Source: an uncultured Candidatus Micrarchaeota archaeon (GTDB lineage: Archaea; Micrarchaeota; Micrarchaeia; Anstonellales; J096). From it: DNA of 56,692 bases. The stretch covers positions 1 through 56,692 of the forward strand of contig CALKCX010000010.1 in assembly GCA_938083015.1 (NCBI GenBank), in the 5' to 3' direction. The notes under the pieces were generated by a model. That model was not told the origin of the DNA and did no database searches. It saw nothing but the letters and a program-made list of their open reading frames with translations. The position numbers and the translations under genes were made by a program. Shown here in pieces: positions 46,001 to 54,030 of this stretch (its first letter is position 1; each line of letters begins with the position of its first letter).

Positions 46001-47121
46001 TTTACATTGCGTATATACTCATAACTTATATTGCCAGTTTCTACAAACGCAGTATAATTACCAGGGTTTAACACAAAGCTTTCTCTAAATCCAAATCCAA
46101 GACCTATTCCGAGAAAACAACCTGTCATAAGGCCCCCTCCTGTGGTTAGAGAAGATTGATTTAAGTAAATCTTATGAAAGAAATTTGGATGAGAAGGTTG
46201 GGCAAAAGTTTTAAACAGTCCTACAGGGTATCTTTCGCTAATCCTATCTAGACTAGCAATGATAATTAAAAGTCTATAAAAGTTTTGATCATTTAATATC
46301 TTGGCCGTATCATCATATACGCTATATATGTATTCGTATCCATATGATTTATTGTATTTTGATCTGTAAAAAGATTCCATGGATTCTCTACCAGTATTGG
46401 GCATCTCACACATCAATAGACAGCTTTCCCAAGTTTCGTATTCTCTACCAGCACACGTATATTTAGTATTATTTAATTCACATCTTCTCTCTGCTTCAGG
46501 AACTATATTATAGAAAATAGGGTTTAGACCTTCCATACCTTGATAATCTCTATCAAATGGGTAAAAGTATTTATAATGTTCATATTCTAATATAGAATCA
46601 CCAACTCCAAATTTAGTACCGTATATGTTAAATTTATCCATATCGTATTTACCGACAAACTTTCTAGATAATGTTCCATAGAGAAGATTGAACGGAGTCT
46701 TTTGCTTTAATTCTTCTCCTTGATCTGCAGGTAACGTGTTATTAAACATGAATTTTTGTATTAAAAAATCATAATTTACCTTCTGATTTCCCGTATACTT
46801 ATCGTATACTAACATCGTAAATCCTGTTTTACAATTATCTATATTTGCGTATCTACAATAAGGAATATCTACTCTAGCTGATAAACCATTTATTGATAAA
46901 TTAGTATTGTAACATAATCTAGCTAAATCTGAACAACTGCCATCGCTTATCTGCATTGACACTACTTGATTATTCGTAACATTTCTTAACTCGACACATC
47001 TTCCATCTGTTATGTTTTGACAACATATATCTCTAATAATAAAACTTGACTGATTTTGTAAACAACCAGATAATATTATTAATATTATAACAATCTTAAG
47101 AACTGTATAGGGGCCCCCCAT
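43030..47121 (-). CDS. Large Cys-rich secreted lipoprotein-like surface protein (1363 aa)
   Basis: IVIILIILSG|C lipobox; many Cys and NxS/T sequons; strong SD GGAGGT (47130-47135) 8 nt before the ATG. Confidence 0.85.
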   Translation of the reverse strand: MGGPYTVLKIVIILIILSGCLQNQSSFIIRDICCQNITDGRCVELRNVTNNQVVSMQISDGSCSDLARLCYNTNLSINGLSARVDIPYCRYANIDNCKTGFTMLVYDKYTGNQKVNYDFLIQKFMFNNTLPADQGEELKQKTPFNLLYGTLSRKFVGKYDMDKFNIYGTKFGVGDSILEYEHYKYFYPFDRDYQGMEGLNPIFYNIVPEAERRCELNNTKYTCAGREYETWESCLLMCEMPNTGRESMESFYRSKYNKSYGYEYIYSVYDDTAKILNDQNFYRLLIIIASLDRISERYPVGLFKTFAQPSHPNFFHKIYLNQSSLTTGGGLMTGCFLGIGLGFGFRESFVLNPGNYTAFVETGNISYEYIRNVNGKNIYRVKYNFILKLQDLNLTKYSQGGFLITFCTSSRITTTLTFNMTLSEIFIEEEYPMYIMQEIAKRYYQRFGFSPDNTSRPLIQRFDRYMNRYYNFTGLPFECIYEDYSSSGGTCSVEYYARYTCINASNNQSLDCWCDPVTCYAYYNYQGPMLNLKVGSEVKPSLTYNRTNVFESPEFIPRKTIKFKGRNAVVIPVNDNLDFNNYTLKKACFSGNNNEILVCDAITGGAGCPNRNEELWNITFKRYEFQFDDITYLKKVVILIEDGNGNYGDCKGIRVNKTVNNTTQEFLDLDIRIFGLPVPPNPSLNSIAVTLFNMPNQIEYSGKSTDNIKIAKYACAKPDTNYGGTYTYSSPSKQKYEYASFAFDDFGRLIGCYQGTVAMNRSLDGELLFVIRRDYQYGLYKHYPFTRDVTKYLMEGRQVIMFIDYVPIDYLKKVLREVDVFILANERIPRPFIKYSASPIGSVILVRSNPLFGGGIFGESNSYNTLKSICPTCLITTMRNMNIGSGNISYHVPDYNTRTEDISNNNLLSCPGVNNNKPSPQEDILFYIVTVNNAPDINLLISVLKDINKRSGGMPIYLYINGSSNYAKEFVDLLVNHSHNLSGHGVMGIHIGNMKDFMLKNNAYSSSMELSRSVLSSFARLPVLYQTENRSECSYVVDEQYNQPITCIPDPVPQVRTGDIFPTYNVLINRNNFARYSLEIATSNYYNDKTICIRAPDGRFLTYKLAKQYIKGANPVIYDEIGNRMFDFVEYRYNNRTNMMCLPANCSYRLESFCKPATCYKEGRISNIRGTVTSQISLLTINEEPHSPEQCIHRNFTLTLSGFGVFEGRFENPWIIQESCMVSPGYRTIGFGNTTSISLNLDNCSAASEGGYNNLRLRTNTTQNIPIPYTQNIYEVRCYQDYGSGLFDFSSNCRCEPVLYNVNVNDVSVAAIIRDDNCTYHWGNIYPNERNRTVTFSPIYDIVFYETYDADWCVSRFVLRCEE

Positions 47122-48068
47122 ATTAGACTACCTCCTGTAAGAATACCGTAAAAGTATAAAGCTATTCCTAAACTTAACCCCATACTTACCCATATTGCTA
47201 TATTTAATCTATTGTATACAAAATTTAAAAAGTTTTTTATACTATCAGTAGCTCTGCTGTATTTATCTAAATCAAAATTCATTAATTCTGCCGAGTAATA
47301 GCTAGTTCCATCAACTTTTAGTTTACTACCACCAACACCAAGTTGTACATTAGTCATACTATTTAGTAATGACATAGATAATATCATTGGAAATATGAAG
47401 TAAAAAGAGAATGTCAAACTTATTAATATCGCTCCTAGACCTTTGGTAAGATATAAAGCTCTTAATACTATACCTGTGATAAGAATCAATGGTGCCATCT
47501 CTCTTAAATATCTTAAAGCTTCTATTAATATAGATAAGTTAACTATTAAATTGAAAGATGACTTTATTATAAATCCAAGCTTTACTAGTTCTTTAGCAAT
47601 TATCTCTTTACCTTCTAATTGTTCCAATATTCTTTGAAATAACCTATATGAATAACCTGCTATAGAAAAATCAAAACCAGCAAATCTATTTACAATTCTA
47701 TCATAATCGTCTATTGCCCTATCTTTTATAGATATCAACAAATCTCTATATAATTCAAGATAAGTTATGATAACATCGATATAACTATCTCCGCTAGCAG
47801 GATTGCCTAAAGTAACTTGTCCTGAATAGTTTCTAAGATTCTCTTGAAATATTCTTAATTGTTCTTGTGCACTTTGAGTAAATGCAATACCTAAGAAGTT
47901 AAACAACAATAATAATGCTATTGCAAATATTACAGATTCAATCATATCTTGAGTGGCCATTTTCTCTTGATATGGCATATTAGCTATTTTATAAAATAAT
48001 ATTCGAATCAAATATAGGGCGAATACTATCATAATACCTAAAACTGACAATTCAACATACCCTCCCAT
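47085..48068 (-). CDS. CedA/VirB6-like membrane protein, paralog 6
   Basis: N-terminal TM hairpin (..KIANMPYQEKMATQDMIESV..), motif GIVLRALYLTKGLGAILISLTFSFYFIFP, C-terminal TM ending LTGG. Family name is inference. Confidence 0.7.
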   Translation of the reverse strand: MGGYVELSVLGIMIVFALYLIRILFYKIANMPYQEKMATQDMIESVIFAIALLLLFNFLGIAFTQSAQEQLRIFQENLRNYSGQVTLGNPASGDSYIDVIITYLELYRDLLISIKDRAIDDYDRIVNRFAGFDFSIAGYSYRLFQRILEQLEGKEIIAKELVKLGFIIKSSFNLIVNLSILIEALRYLREMAPLILITGIVLRALYLTKGLGAILISLTFSFYFIFPMILSMSLLNSMTNVQLGVGGSKLKVDGTSYYSAELMNFDLDKYSRATDSIKNFLNFVYNRLNIAIWVSMGLSLGIALYFYGILTGGSLIWGAPIQFLRLL

Positions 48069-49234
48069 TATATCACCCTTAAGAATAGATCCAAGAATGA
48101 GAATCTCTCTCCAAGTAGTATTACTATTGATTTTGCAGCTATAATCATAGCTACTATTGTTGAAGATAGGGAAAATGTAGATATGATAAATTGAGATTGA
48201 TAAGCTCGCTTTATCTCGGAATCAAGTATAGTTGTACTAGGTCTACCGAAGATTGCGCTAAATAAGTTACCACTAGTTGGTATACCAAATTCTATATCTG
48301 TACCTTTCTTATTGATGTATGGTGTTGATACAATATTTTTACAAGGATCAGTAGGGTCTACGAAGAGATTATTTATATTTATTACCAATTGCGATAAGAT
48401 ATTAGGTTCAAGATAACCAGGTAAGTTATCGGAAAAGTTTTTTATTCTATCATAATAACCCATTACATCATTATTAATATATTTGAAAAATATATTAGAT
48501 TGTAAATATATTATGACAGGTAATATTATTAGCATCACAAATGCTATTGCCATCAAAGTATTGCCAGCGAATTTCATTCCAGGTATTAACCTTAATATTA
48601 TGCCATATGCTAATAACAATACTATTGATCTTGTAGAGCTTAAGTTTAATAAACCATAATAAGAACCTAATATCTTGGTACTTAATTCTAAACTATTTCT
48701 AGCTGCTGCTAATGATTGTGCAATCGGTTCTATGTAATTAGTATAAGGTATAACTGTATACAATGAAAGTGAATTAGGAAAGAAGAAACAACCAGCATCA
48801 AAACCACCTATTGTTATATCGCTAGCACATCTACTACAAGTAAATGAAGAATAATGATACATTCTAGCTTCAGTTTCTATTAACATATAAGACATATTAT
48901 TTATCAATCCCAACATATACAATAAATACTGTCTCGATATATTATATATCGTTCCTTGAGTTAAAAACGATCCCGGGCTAACAGCTATGCTACTACCTTG
49001 AAATGCAGATAAGACAAAATCTGGATGCTGAATAGTTTCAAAATATATAAATCTATAGCTTATATAAGTCAATATTACGAATACCAATATTATTATGAAT
49101 TCTCTCATTCCCATGTCTACGTATCTTATCAACATCTGATTAGATAAAACCTTACCTAAAAGAAATATCAAAGCATAAAATATTAAATATATTACCATAG
49201 CTATTGCTATTGGTCCAGTAAATTGATCTAACAT
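48068..49234 (-). CDS. CedA/VirB6-like membrane protein, paralog 5
   Basis: LLGKVLSNQMLIRYVDMGMREF hairpin; GIILRLIPGMKFAGNTLMAIAFVMLIILP; C-terminal TM ..ILLG. Confidence 0.7.
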   Translation of the reverse strand: MLDQFTGPIAIAMVIYLIFYALIFLLGKVLSNQMLIRYVDMGMREFIIILVFVILTYISYRFIYFETIQHPDFVLSAFQGSSIAVSPGSFLTQGTIYNISRQYLLYMLGLINNMSYMLIETEARMYHYSSFTCSRCASDITIGGFDAGCFFFPNSLSLYTVIPYTNYIEPIAQSLAAARNSLELSTKILGSYYGLLNLSSTRSIVLLLAYGIILRLIPGMKFAGNTLMAIAFVMLIILPVIIYLQSNIFFKYINNDVMGYYDRIKNFSDNLPGYLEPNILSQLVININNLFVDPTDPCKNIVSTPYINKKGTDIEFGIPTSGNLFSAIFGRPSTTILDSEIKRAYQSQFIISTFSLSSTIVAMIIAAKSIVILLGERFSFLDLFLRVI

Positions 49235-50395
49235 CTACGCCACCCTAGCTATATACGATAATACGAATGGACTAACATCTATTCCTAATAATTGATTAAT
49301 ACCTACTGTTATCGATATCGTTGCTAATAAAGATAACCCAAGAGATAAGATTATTAACATAGAGTATACGCTAAATCCTATTATCATAGAATTAGAATCT
49401 GATATCTCTGATAAGATGTTTAAAAACATACCTTTAAAGCTCTCTAATGTAAGATCTTTACAATTAGTCGGATATGCTCTAATATCTGTTAATTCTGCTA
49501 TTTTATTAGAAGCATTTACTGCCATAGTAGATGCATTAAAATCATTGTATGTTAAGGTAATTACGTTTAAAAAGAATACCGATAGTATAGGTAACATACT
49601 CATAGCTATAGAGAAAGATATCATAAAGCTGCCGACTTTTCTAGTTAACTTGACCATTCTTAATATTCCGCCTATACCGAAGAATCCAACTATAAATATT
49701 GGATAAACACTAGAACTAAACATCTCTCTAAACATGTATATTATCGATCTATATTGATTGATCTGAGATAATAAAGTATTTACATTATCGTATATTAAAC
49801 TAAAATGTCTACATGGCATATAAGAAAATCCACTAGATAAACCAGGATTTAATTCAGATAAGTCTTTTTTTATTTCATCTAAAGGTAGTCCAATATCGTT
49901 TATTTTTGCTTGATCAGGTATAGTATTACTACCACCTAATATTCCAGGTAGATCATTATAGAGAGCGTCAACAGCAATACTACCAAATATAAAATATCTT
50001 CTCGAGCTTAACGATATTTTTAACAATCTATCCAAGTTATCTTTAACCCTATCTCCAGCTACAGACATATAGCTCATATTCAAATAATTCTCAAAAGATC
50101 TATTTAGATAAATTTCTCTATCAACAGGATTATCACATGCTATGTTTTCGCCCAGAATATTATTTATCAATACTCCGCATGTAAACGTTTGTATAGGATT
50201 GGTAACCAAGTAACTAACTACTCCGATTAAAAGTATAGATATGGCAATTTCTACAATTTCTTCTTTCGAAGTCTGTTCCATCTCTTTTATACTAAACATT
50301 TTACCCAATGCTAATAGTATAAACATAAACAATCCTGCTATAACTATAGTTATTCCCAATACAGTATACAAAGTACTACCAAATTCTGGTATCAT
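49235..50395 (-). CDS. CedA/VirB6-like membrane protein, paralog 4
   Basis: ALGKMFSIKEMEQTSKEEIVEI hairpin; GGILRMVKLTRKVGSFMISFSIAMSMLP; C-terminal TM ..QLLG. Confidence 0.7.
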   Translation of the reverse strand: MIPEFGSTLYTVLGITIVIAGLFMFILLALGKMFSIKEMEQTSKEEIVEIAISILLIGVVSYLVTNPIQTFTCGVLINNILGENIACDNPVDREIYLNRSFENYLNMSYMSVAGDRVKDNLDRLLKISLSSRRYFIFGSIAVDALYNDLPGILGGSNTIPDQAKINDIGLPLDEIKKDLSELNPGLSSGFSYMPCRHFSLIYDNVNTLLSQINQYRSIIYMFREMFSSSVYPIFIVGFFGIGGILRMVKLTRKVGSFMISFSIAMSMLPILSVFFLNVITLTYNDFNASTMAVNASNKIAELTDIRAYPTNCKDLTLESFKGMFLNILSEISDSNSMIIGFSVYSMLIILSLGLSLLATISITVGINQLLGIDVSPFVLSYIARVA

Positions 50396-53031
50396 TATCT
50401 CACCTTACCTATTCCAGGTAAGAATATCTCTCCGCCCAGATATTCTGATAAAGTTATTATAGCTACAAATGTTATAAATATAGCTATTAAAGGTAAAGTT
50501 ATCATTCTAAATACAGCAGCACCGACATAGGAAAATAGATGATTATGGTTTTCAAACATGTTTAATTCTACACATCCAGAACAATCTGGAGAAGGAGGGA
50601 ATCTAAGTAAATCTGGGTTTACACTAGTAGCTAAACTGCAATCTTGACTATTTGGATATATAGGTAAATATACTTTTGATAGATATGTTATCATTACACT
50701 TAGCTCTGTATTAGTGGTTTCAAAGTAATTTTGTCTAATATTTCTCCAGATTCTTGAAGGTAGTTCCTCAGTCTTATACATATAGGTATTATTGCATGTC
50801 GTAACTCTAGGACACATGTTTGATCCAGAATACTTACATTCCATACCAAAATCTTCATTTGGATTACATATACCATATGCCCAGTATGGTGTATTGGCAG
50901 CATGTTTAAGATCTTTTATAGTCTGATCTAAAGCGTTACCTACGATTTCAGAGCATCCAGCTAATTTTACTATTTCATCTGTACTTATATCTGATCTAGC
51001 ACCTTTTTTTATATTCATGACTGTTTGAAGAGAATTAAAACAGTTTGTTCTCCATATGTTACCAAACCTATCTTTCCAACCTTTAAAGTTACCGTCGTTA
51101 TTTACATCTATGTTATTGTAATTATTTATAACATATTGATAGAATCTATCTCTAAACATATTTACTATCTGTTCTTCAGAAGTTGTAAATCCTGTTTGAT
51201 TGTAAACATCTATAAATATTAGAAAATCATTTGAAATTTCGTGTTGAGGTTTGATATTGTTTCTTATATTCAAAGCTTTATTTCCTCTAGGCGTATCGTA
51301 TTGATTATTTATTTCCTCTACTAAAGTAGTATTGTTTATACTTGGACTCTCTATAGCTGTGTAGATCTTTTTTATACTATTATTAAGATCTTGATCATAG
51401 CAATATGGATTAGCTACTGTATACATAGCTCCACATGTTATCAATATTTTGGCATTCCATACATTCTTGATACTATTGTTTATAATGTCACTAACAACAT
51501 TTTTAAAAAACGTATCATTTTTTAGCATATTTGCAAATTCTTTTGTGTACTCTCCGCCCTGGCCTCTATTTAAAAGATCCAATATACTTCTTGGATTTCC
51601 ATTTTGAATCAATTCTATTTCTTCTTCAGTAAAAGTGCCCCATACTATTTTATTATAATATCCTCTACATGATAAAGGACAATACAAATTGTAATCCTCT
51701 CTATACGGTCTAAGAGGTAATAATTTAGTACAATTAGTTTCCCTTATATAATCTCTTAACCTTATAGTATTTCCATTTGCCAATCTAATGGTATTATCTA
51801 AGACACTTAAATCATACATAATATTAAAGCAAGATCCATTCGATAAATCGTATAGATTAGAACATGCTGATGAGCTAAAGTAACATATAGGTATATCTAT
51901 AGGATATGGGATTTTTCTACATATCTTTGGACAAGTATTCATTCTTATACCTAAATCTCTAGCTTTAATTGATATCTCTGGTGTAACACCATATATAGAT
52001 CCAAGATTATTGTTAAGATATTCACAAGATGTTATCCCGTTTAAAGTCTTTTCATCAAGACCATCTAAAAATCTATTTATTTTTATCAAATCATAAGATT
52101 GAGATAAAATAGAATAGGCTTGTTGATAAGTTAGGCGTTGATTATTATAAGCTACTATTTCAATTCTACATATCTCTGGACATTGGTTTAATGAATAAGT
52201 TAGACCAAAAGATGGAGGAAAAGAATAAAGTAATACGAATAAACCTGGTAATATAAAGAAGAAGCCTATACCTATTGCAAGTAAAGTAGCTCCTAATTTT
52301 CTAAAGAATGGTAAAGGTCTAAGAAATACTCCTATTGAAATAAATATAGGTCCTATTATTTGTATTAGACCAAATGTTAAAGCTGCTATTCCAGATGATA
52401 ATGTTAAAATATACATTCCTAATGTATAATATTGTTCTTCAACAATATATGGGGTGAATCCACCGGCGTATTGTAATCCTAAAGAAGGAATTCCTGGCCA
52501 TTCGAATTTAACACCTTCTCTAACATTGCCCATCTTATATTTTGCAGCAGCTGATTTTACACTCTCTAAAACCATCGTCTTAAAAATATCGAAGTTTTCC
52601 TTTATATTTTCCCTTATGTAATTATAAACACATCCAGTAGAATTACAATCTCTAATAGATGGATTATTTGAAGAAGAGGTGACGCTTATAAATATGATAT
52701 CCATTATATGCATTAAGGCCAATAATCCTAATAATATAACAAATGAAAAAGCGAATTCCTTCATTTCAACATTGGCCATGGCCTTTAATCTAGGAGAATT
52801 CAATAGATCTGCAGAGAAATTCATTAATATGACTAAACTAAATCCTATCAATAATCCGATTACTCCTAATGTAAACCAACCTGGAAGCTCTCCTTGCATT
52901 AGATTTCCTTGTAATATCTCTCCAATATACGGTGTGCCTGATAGATTCCTTAATATTGATTCTATACTACGATTGTATTCTTCCGATACATTTATTCCAA
53001 ATACGTATATTATTAACATAAGATATATCAT
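50395..53031 (-). CDS. CedA/VirB6-like membrane protein, paralog 3, with ~560-aa Cys-rich insertion
   Basis: DLLNSPRLKAMANVEMKEF hairpin; GVFLRPLPFFRKLGATLLAIGIGFFFILP; ..YLGG. ATG 53031 with SD AGGTG preferred to GTG 53040. Confidence 0.75.
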   Translation of the reverse strand: MIYLMLIIYVFGINVSEEYNRSIESILRNLSGTPYIGEILQGNLMQGELPGWFTLGVIGLLIGFSLVILMNFSADLLNSPRLKAMANVEMKEFAFSFVILLGLLALMHIMDIIFISVTSSSNNPSIRDCNSTGCVYNYIRENIKENFDIFKTMVLESVKSAAAKYKMGNVREGVKFEWPGIPSLGLQYAGGFTPYIVEEQYYTLGMYILTLSSGIAALTFGLIQIIGPIFISIGVFLRPLPFFRKLGATLLAIGIGFFFILPGLFVLLYSFPPSFGLTYSLNQCPEICRIEIVAYNNQRLTYQQAYSILSQSYDLIKINRFLDGLDEKTLNGITSCEYLNNNLGSIYGVTPEISIKARDLGIRMNTCPKICRKIPYPIDIPICYFSSSACSNLYDLSNGSCFNIMYDLSVLDNTIRLANGNTIRLRDYIRETNCTKLLPLRPYREDYNLYCPLSCRGYYNKIVWGTFTEEEIELIQNGNPRSILDLLNRGQGGEYTKEFANMLKNDTFFKNVVSDIINNSIKNVWNAKILITCGAMYTVANPYCYDQDLNNSIKKIYTAIESPSINNTTLVEEINNQYDTPRGNKALNIRNNIKPQHEISNDFLIFIDVYNQTGFTTSEEQIVNMFRDRFYQYVINNYNNIDVNNDGNFKGWKDRFGNIWRTNCFNSLQTVMNIKKGARSDISTDEIVKLAGCSEIVGNALDQTIKDLKHAANTPYWAYGICNPNEDFGMECKYSGSNMCPRVTTCNNTYMYKTEELPSRIWRNIRQNYFETTNTELSVMITYLSKVYLPIYPNSQDCSLATSVNPDLLRFPPSPDCSGCVELNMFENHNHLFSYVGAAVFRMITLPLIAIFITFVAIITLSEYLGGEIFLPGIGKVR

Positions 53032-53040
53032 AAACAACAC

Positions 53041-54030
53041 CTATAATGATTCTATAAAATCAAAAGTTTTATAAGCATTCATTGCAAAAGCAGCTACTAC
53101 AGCTAATGATAGATTTGGTAAAGTTATCACCATAAGTTGATATAAACTAACTTTGTAATAAGATAAGTCTGGATTTTTTATGAATATGTTTTCCACATAC
53201 CTTGGATTATATATTCCTTGATCAGCATTAAATATATCTTCAAACCCCCTTAAATATATAGAGTATATAAATGGATATAGTATATGCATGCCTAATCCAA
53301 TAGCTATTAACATATCTCCTGCTTTTTTTAGACCTGGAAACAATCTTATAACAACCCCTCCTATTGCTATACCTGCAAACAACCCATTTCTTATAATTTG
53401 CAATATAAATAGATGAACTTGTAAACCTATATATATTGTTTCTAAGTCTCTAATTATTCTGTTAGTTATAGAATTATATACCATGTATTGTTTATATGGT
53501 AGATAAGTTATTACTGGAAAGATCATCGATTTTGTAATTGCCGATGTAATCAAACTAGGTTGATCTAAACTCATTATTACATATAATATCGTAGCACCTG
53601 TTATTGTAAACGAAACTATAGTAAAGCTATACGGTATGTTAGCTTCTCCTTCTCTCTGGGCCAATCTATCGTATGCCGATAATATATTGCTTAATAACAT
53701 ATCTGTTCTAGATTGTAAAGTATTCATAGAATAATCAAAATAATTACCTATACTTGGATCTATATTTGATTGTAATCTACATAAGAATTCACTAAAACCA
53801 GGTATTGCTAGAAGTATAAATATACTAAAAAGATAGTTTATAGCAGATGCTCTTACAATTATACGCTTTTGTTGATCAGCTATTAAGTAACTATAAATAG
53901 TAAACAATGCAAGTCCAATTAGTATTATGGTTATGATTTGATGAGCAATTCTTATCATATTATTATCTATTTCTAAATTACATGTTGCCGAACTTATAAT
54001 TATTAAGCTAAATACGCTCTTCAATACCAT
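53041..54030 (-). CDS. CedA/VirB6-like membrane protein, paralog 2
   Basis: YLIADQQKRIIVRASAINYL hairpin; GVVIRLFPGLKKAGDMLIAIGLGMHILYP. The ORF-track GTG 54045 is part of SD GGAGGAGGTGA, so ATG 54030 is preferred. Confidence 0.7.
   Translation of the reverse strand: MVLKSVFSLIIISSATCNLEIDNNMIRIAHQIITIILIGLALFTIYSYLIADQQKRIIVRASAINYLFSIFILLAIPGFSEFLCRLQSNIDPSIGNYFDYSMNTLQSRTDMLLSNILSAYDRLAQREGEANIPYSFTIVSFTITGATILYVIMSLDQPSLITSAITKSMIFPVITYLPYKQYMVYNSITNRIIRDLETIYIGLQVHLFILQIIRNGLFAGIAIGGVVIRLFPGLKKAGDMLIAIGLGMHILYPFIYSIYLRGFEDIFNADQGIYNPRYVENIFIKNPDLSYYKVSLYQLMVITLPNLSLAVVAAFAMNAYKTFDFIESL

Noticed and set aside
47110-47119. G6C4 tract at the start of the 1363-aa gene as a phase-variation switch
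   Set aside because: The run of six is short and is explained by dual coding (MGGP in one frame, WGAP in the other); no evidence of length variation.
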